In this document: positions 35,914-36,065 of the stretch, piece after piece | Numbering within the stretch: position 1 is the first letter of the stretch | Layout: each line of letters starts with the position of its first letter | Assembly: GCA_036339875.1 (NCBI GenBank) | Contig: JAYZAC010000054.1 | Span: 1 to 36,065, forward strand | Length of the DNA stretch: 36,065 nucleotides | Reading direction: 5' to 3' | Origin: a bacterium | GTDB taxonomy: Bacteria > Muiribacteriota > UBA6191 | The notes under the pieces: model-generated | Told to the model about the DNA's origin: nothing | Database searches by the model: none | What the model saw: only the letters and a program-made list of their open reading frames with translations | Made by a program: the position numbers and the translations under genes

Positions 35914-36065
35914 AGCATTATTTTCTGGCGATTGAGTTTTTTTTACTTTCAAAATCTAAATTTGTACTTATTGGTTGGTCGATATCCGACAATAATGAAT
36001 TTGTTCCACCTTCGCCAGTTGATGGCCGTATTTTGTGCTCTTTGGATTTTGATTTTTATGGGTCT

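Noticed and set aside
35918..36065. Possible 3' end of a minus-strand gene entering from the right edge
   Set aside because: Two frames are open from the edge for only 31-38 codons with no recognisable motif; the real one, if any, cannot be chosen from this window.
1..36065. CRISPR arrays, tRNA/rRNA genes, transposases/integrases, prophage or DGR-type repeats
   Set aside because: Intergenic gaps are all under ~230 bp with no repeat-spacer periodicity or cloverleaf; no RT, recombinase or phage motifs; similarity between the paralogues is protein-level with synonymous divergence.

Overview
AT-rich bacterial chromosomal window. I saw no rRNA, tRNA, CRISPR array or mobile element. The left 6 kb is housekeeping: a minus-strand hpt-rng pair followed by rplU-prp-rpmA (own sigma70 promoter and a structured leader) and a truncated membrane-protein gene, and a divergent plus-strand rnhB / FliK-like / FlhB-C-like trio. 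The remaining ~29 kb is nearly all plus-strand and dominated by exported proteins: two tandem ~1750-aa Ig-rich paralogues ending in a T9SS-type-A/FlgD-Ig-like tail, a signal peptide + EcsC + TerB-like fusion, a cN-II-type HAD 5'-nucleotidase, a 3825-aa lipoprotein (~22 IPT/TIG-like repeats, ~5 Big_5-like repeats, possible degenerate metallopeptidase end), surE, and two secreted glycine-zipper proteins. Three observations stand out. (1) A shared ECF-sigma (sigmaW-like, GAAAC-N16/17-CGTA) promoter lies in front of exactly the genes for secreted Gly-rich membrane-helix proteins, suggesting an uncharacterised co-regulated envelope or pore-forming module. (2) A Prp-like protease keeps its His/Cys pair although the adjacent L27 has no cleavable N-terminal extension. 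(3) T9SS-like sorting tails occur in a genome with Firmicutes-like gene order. All domain calls are by eye from motifs; no searches were run.
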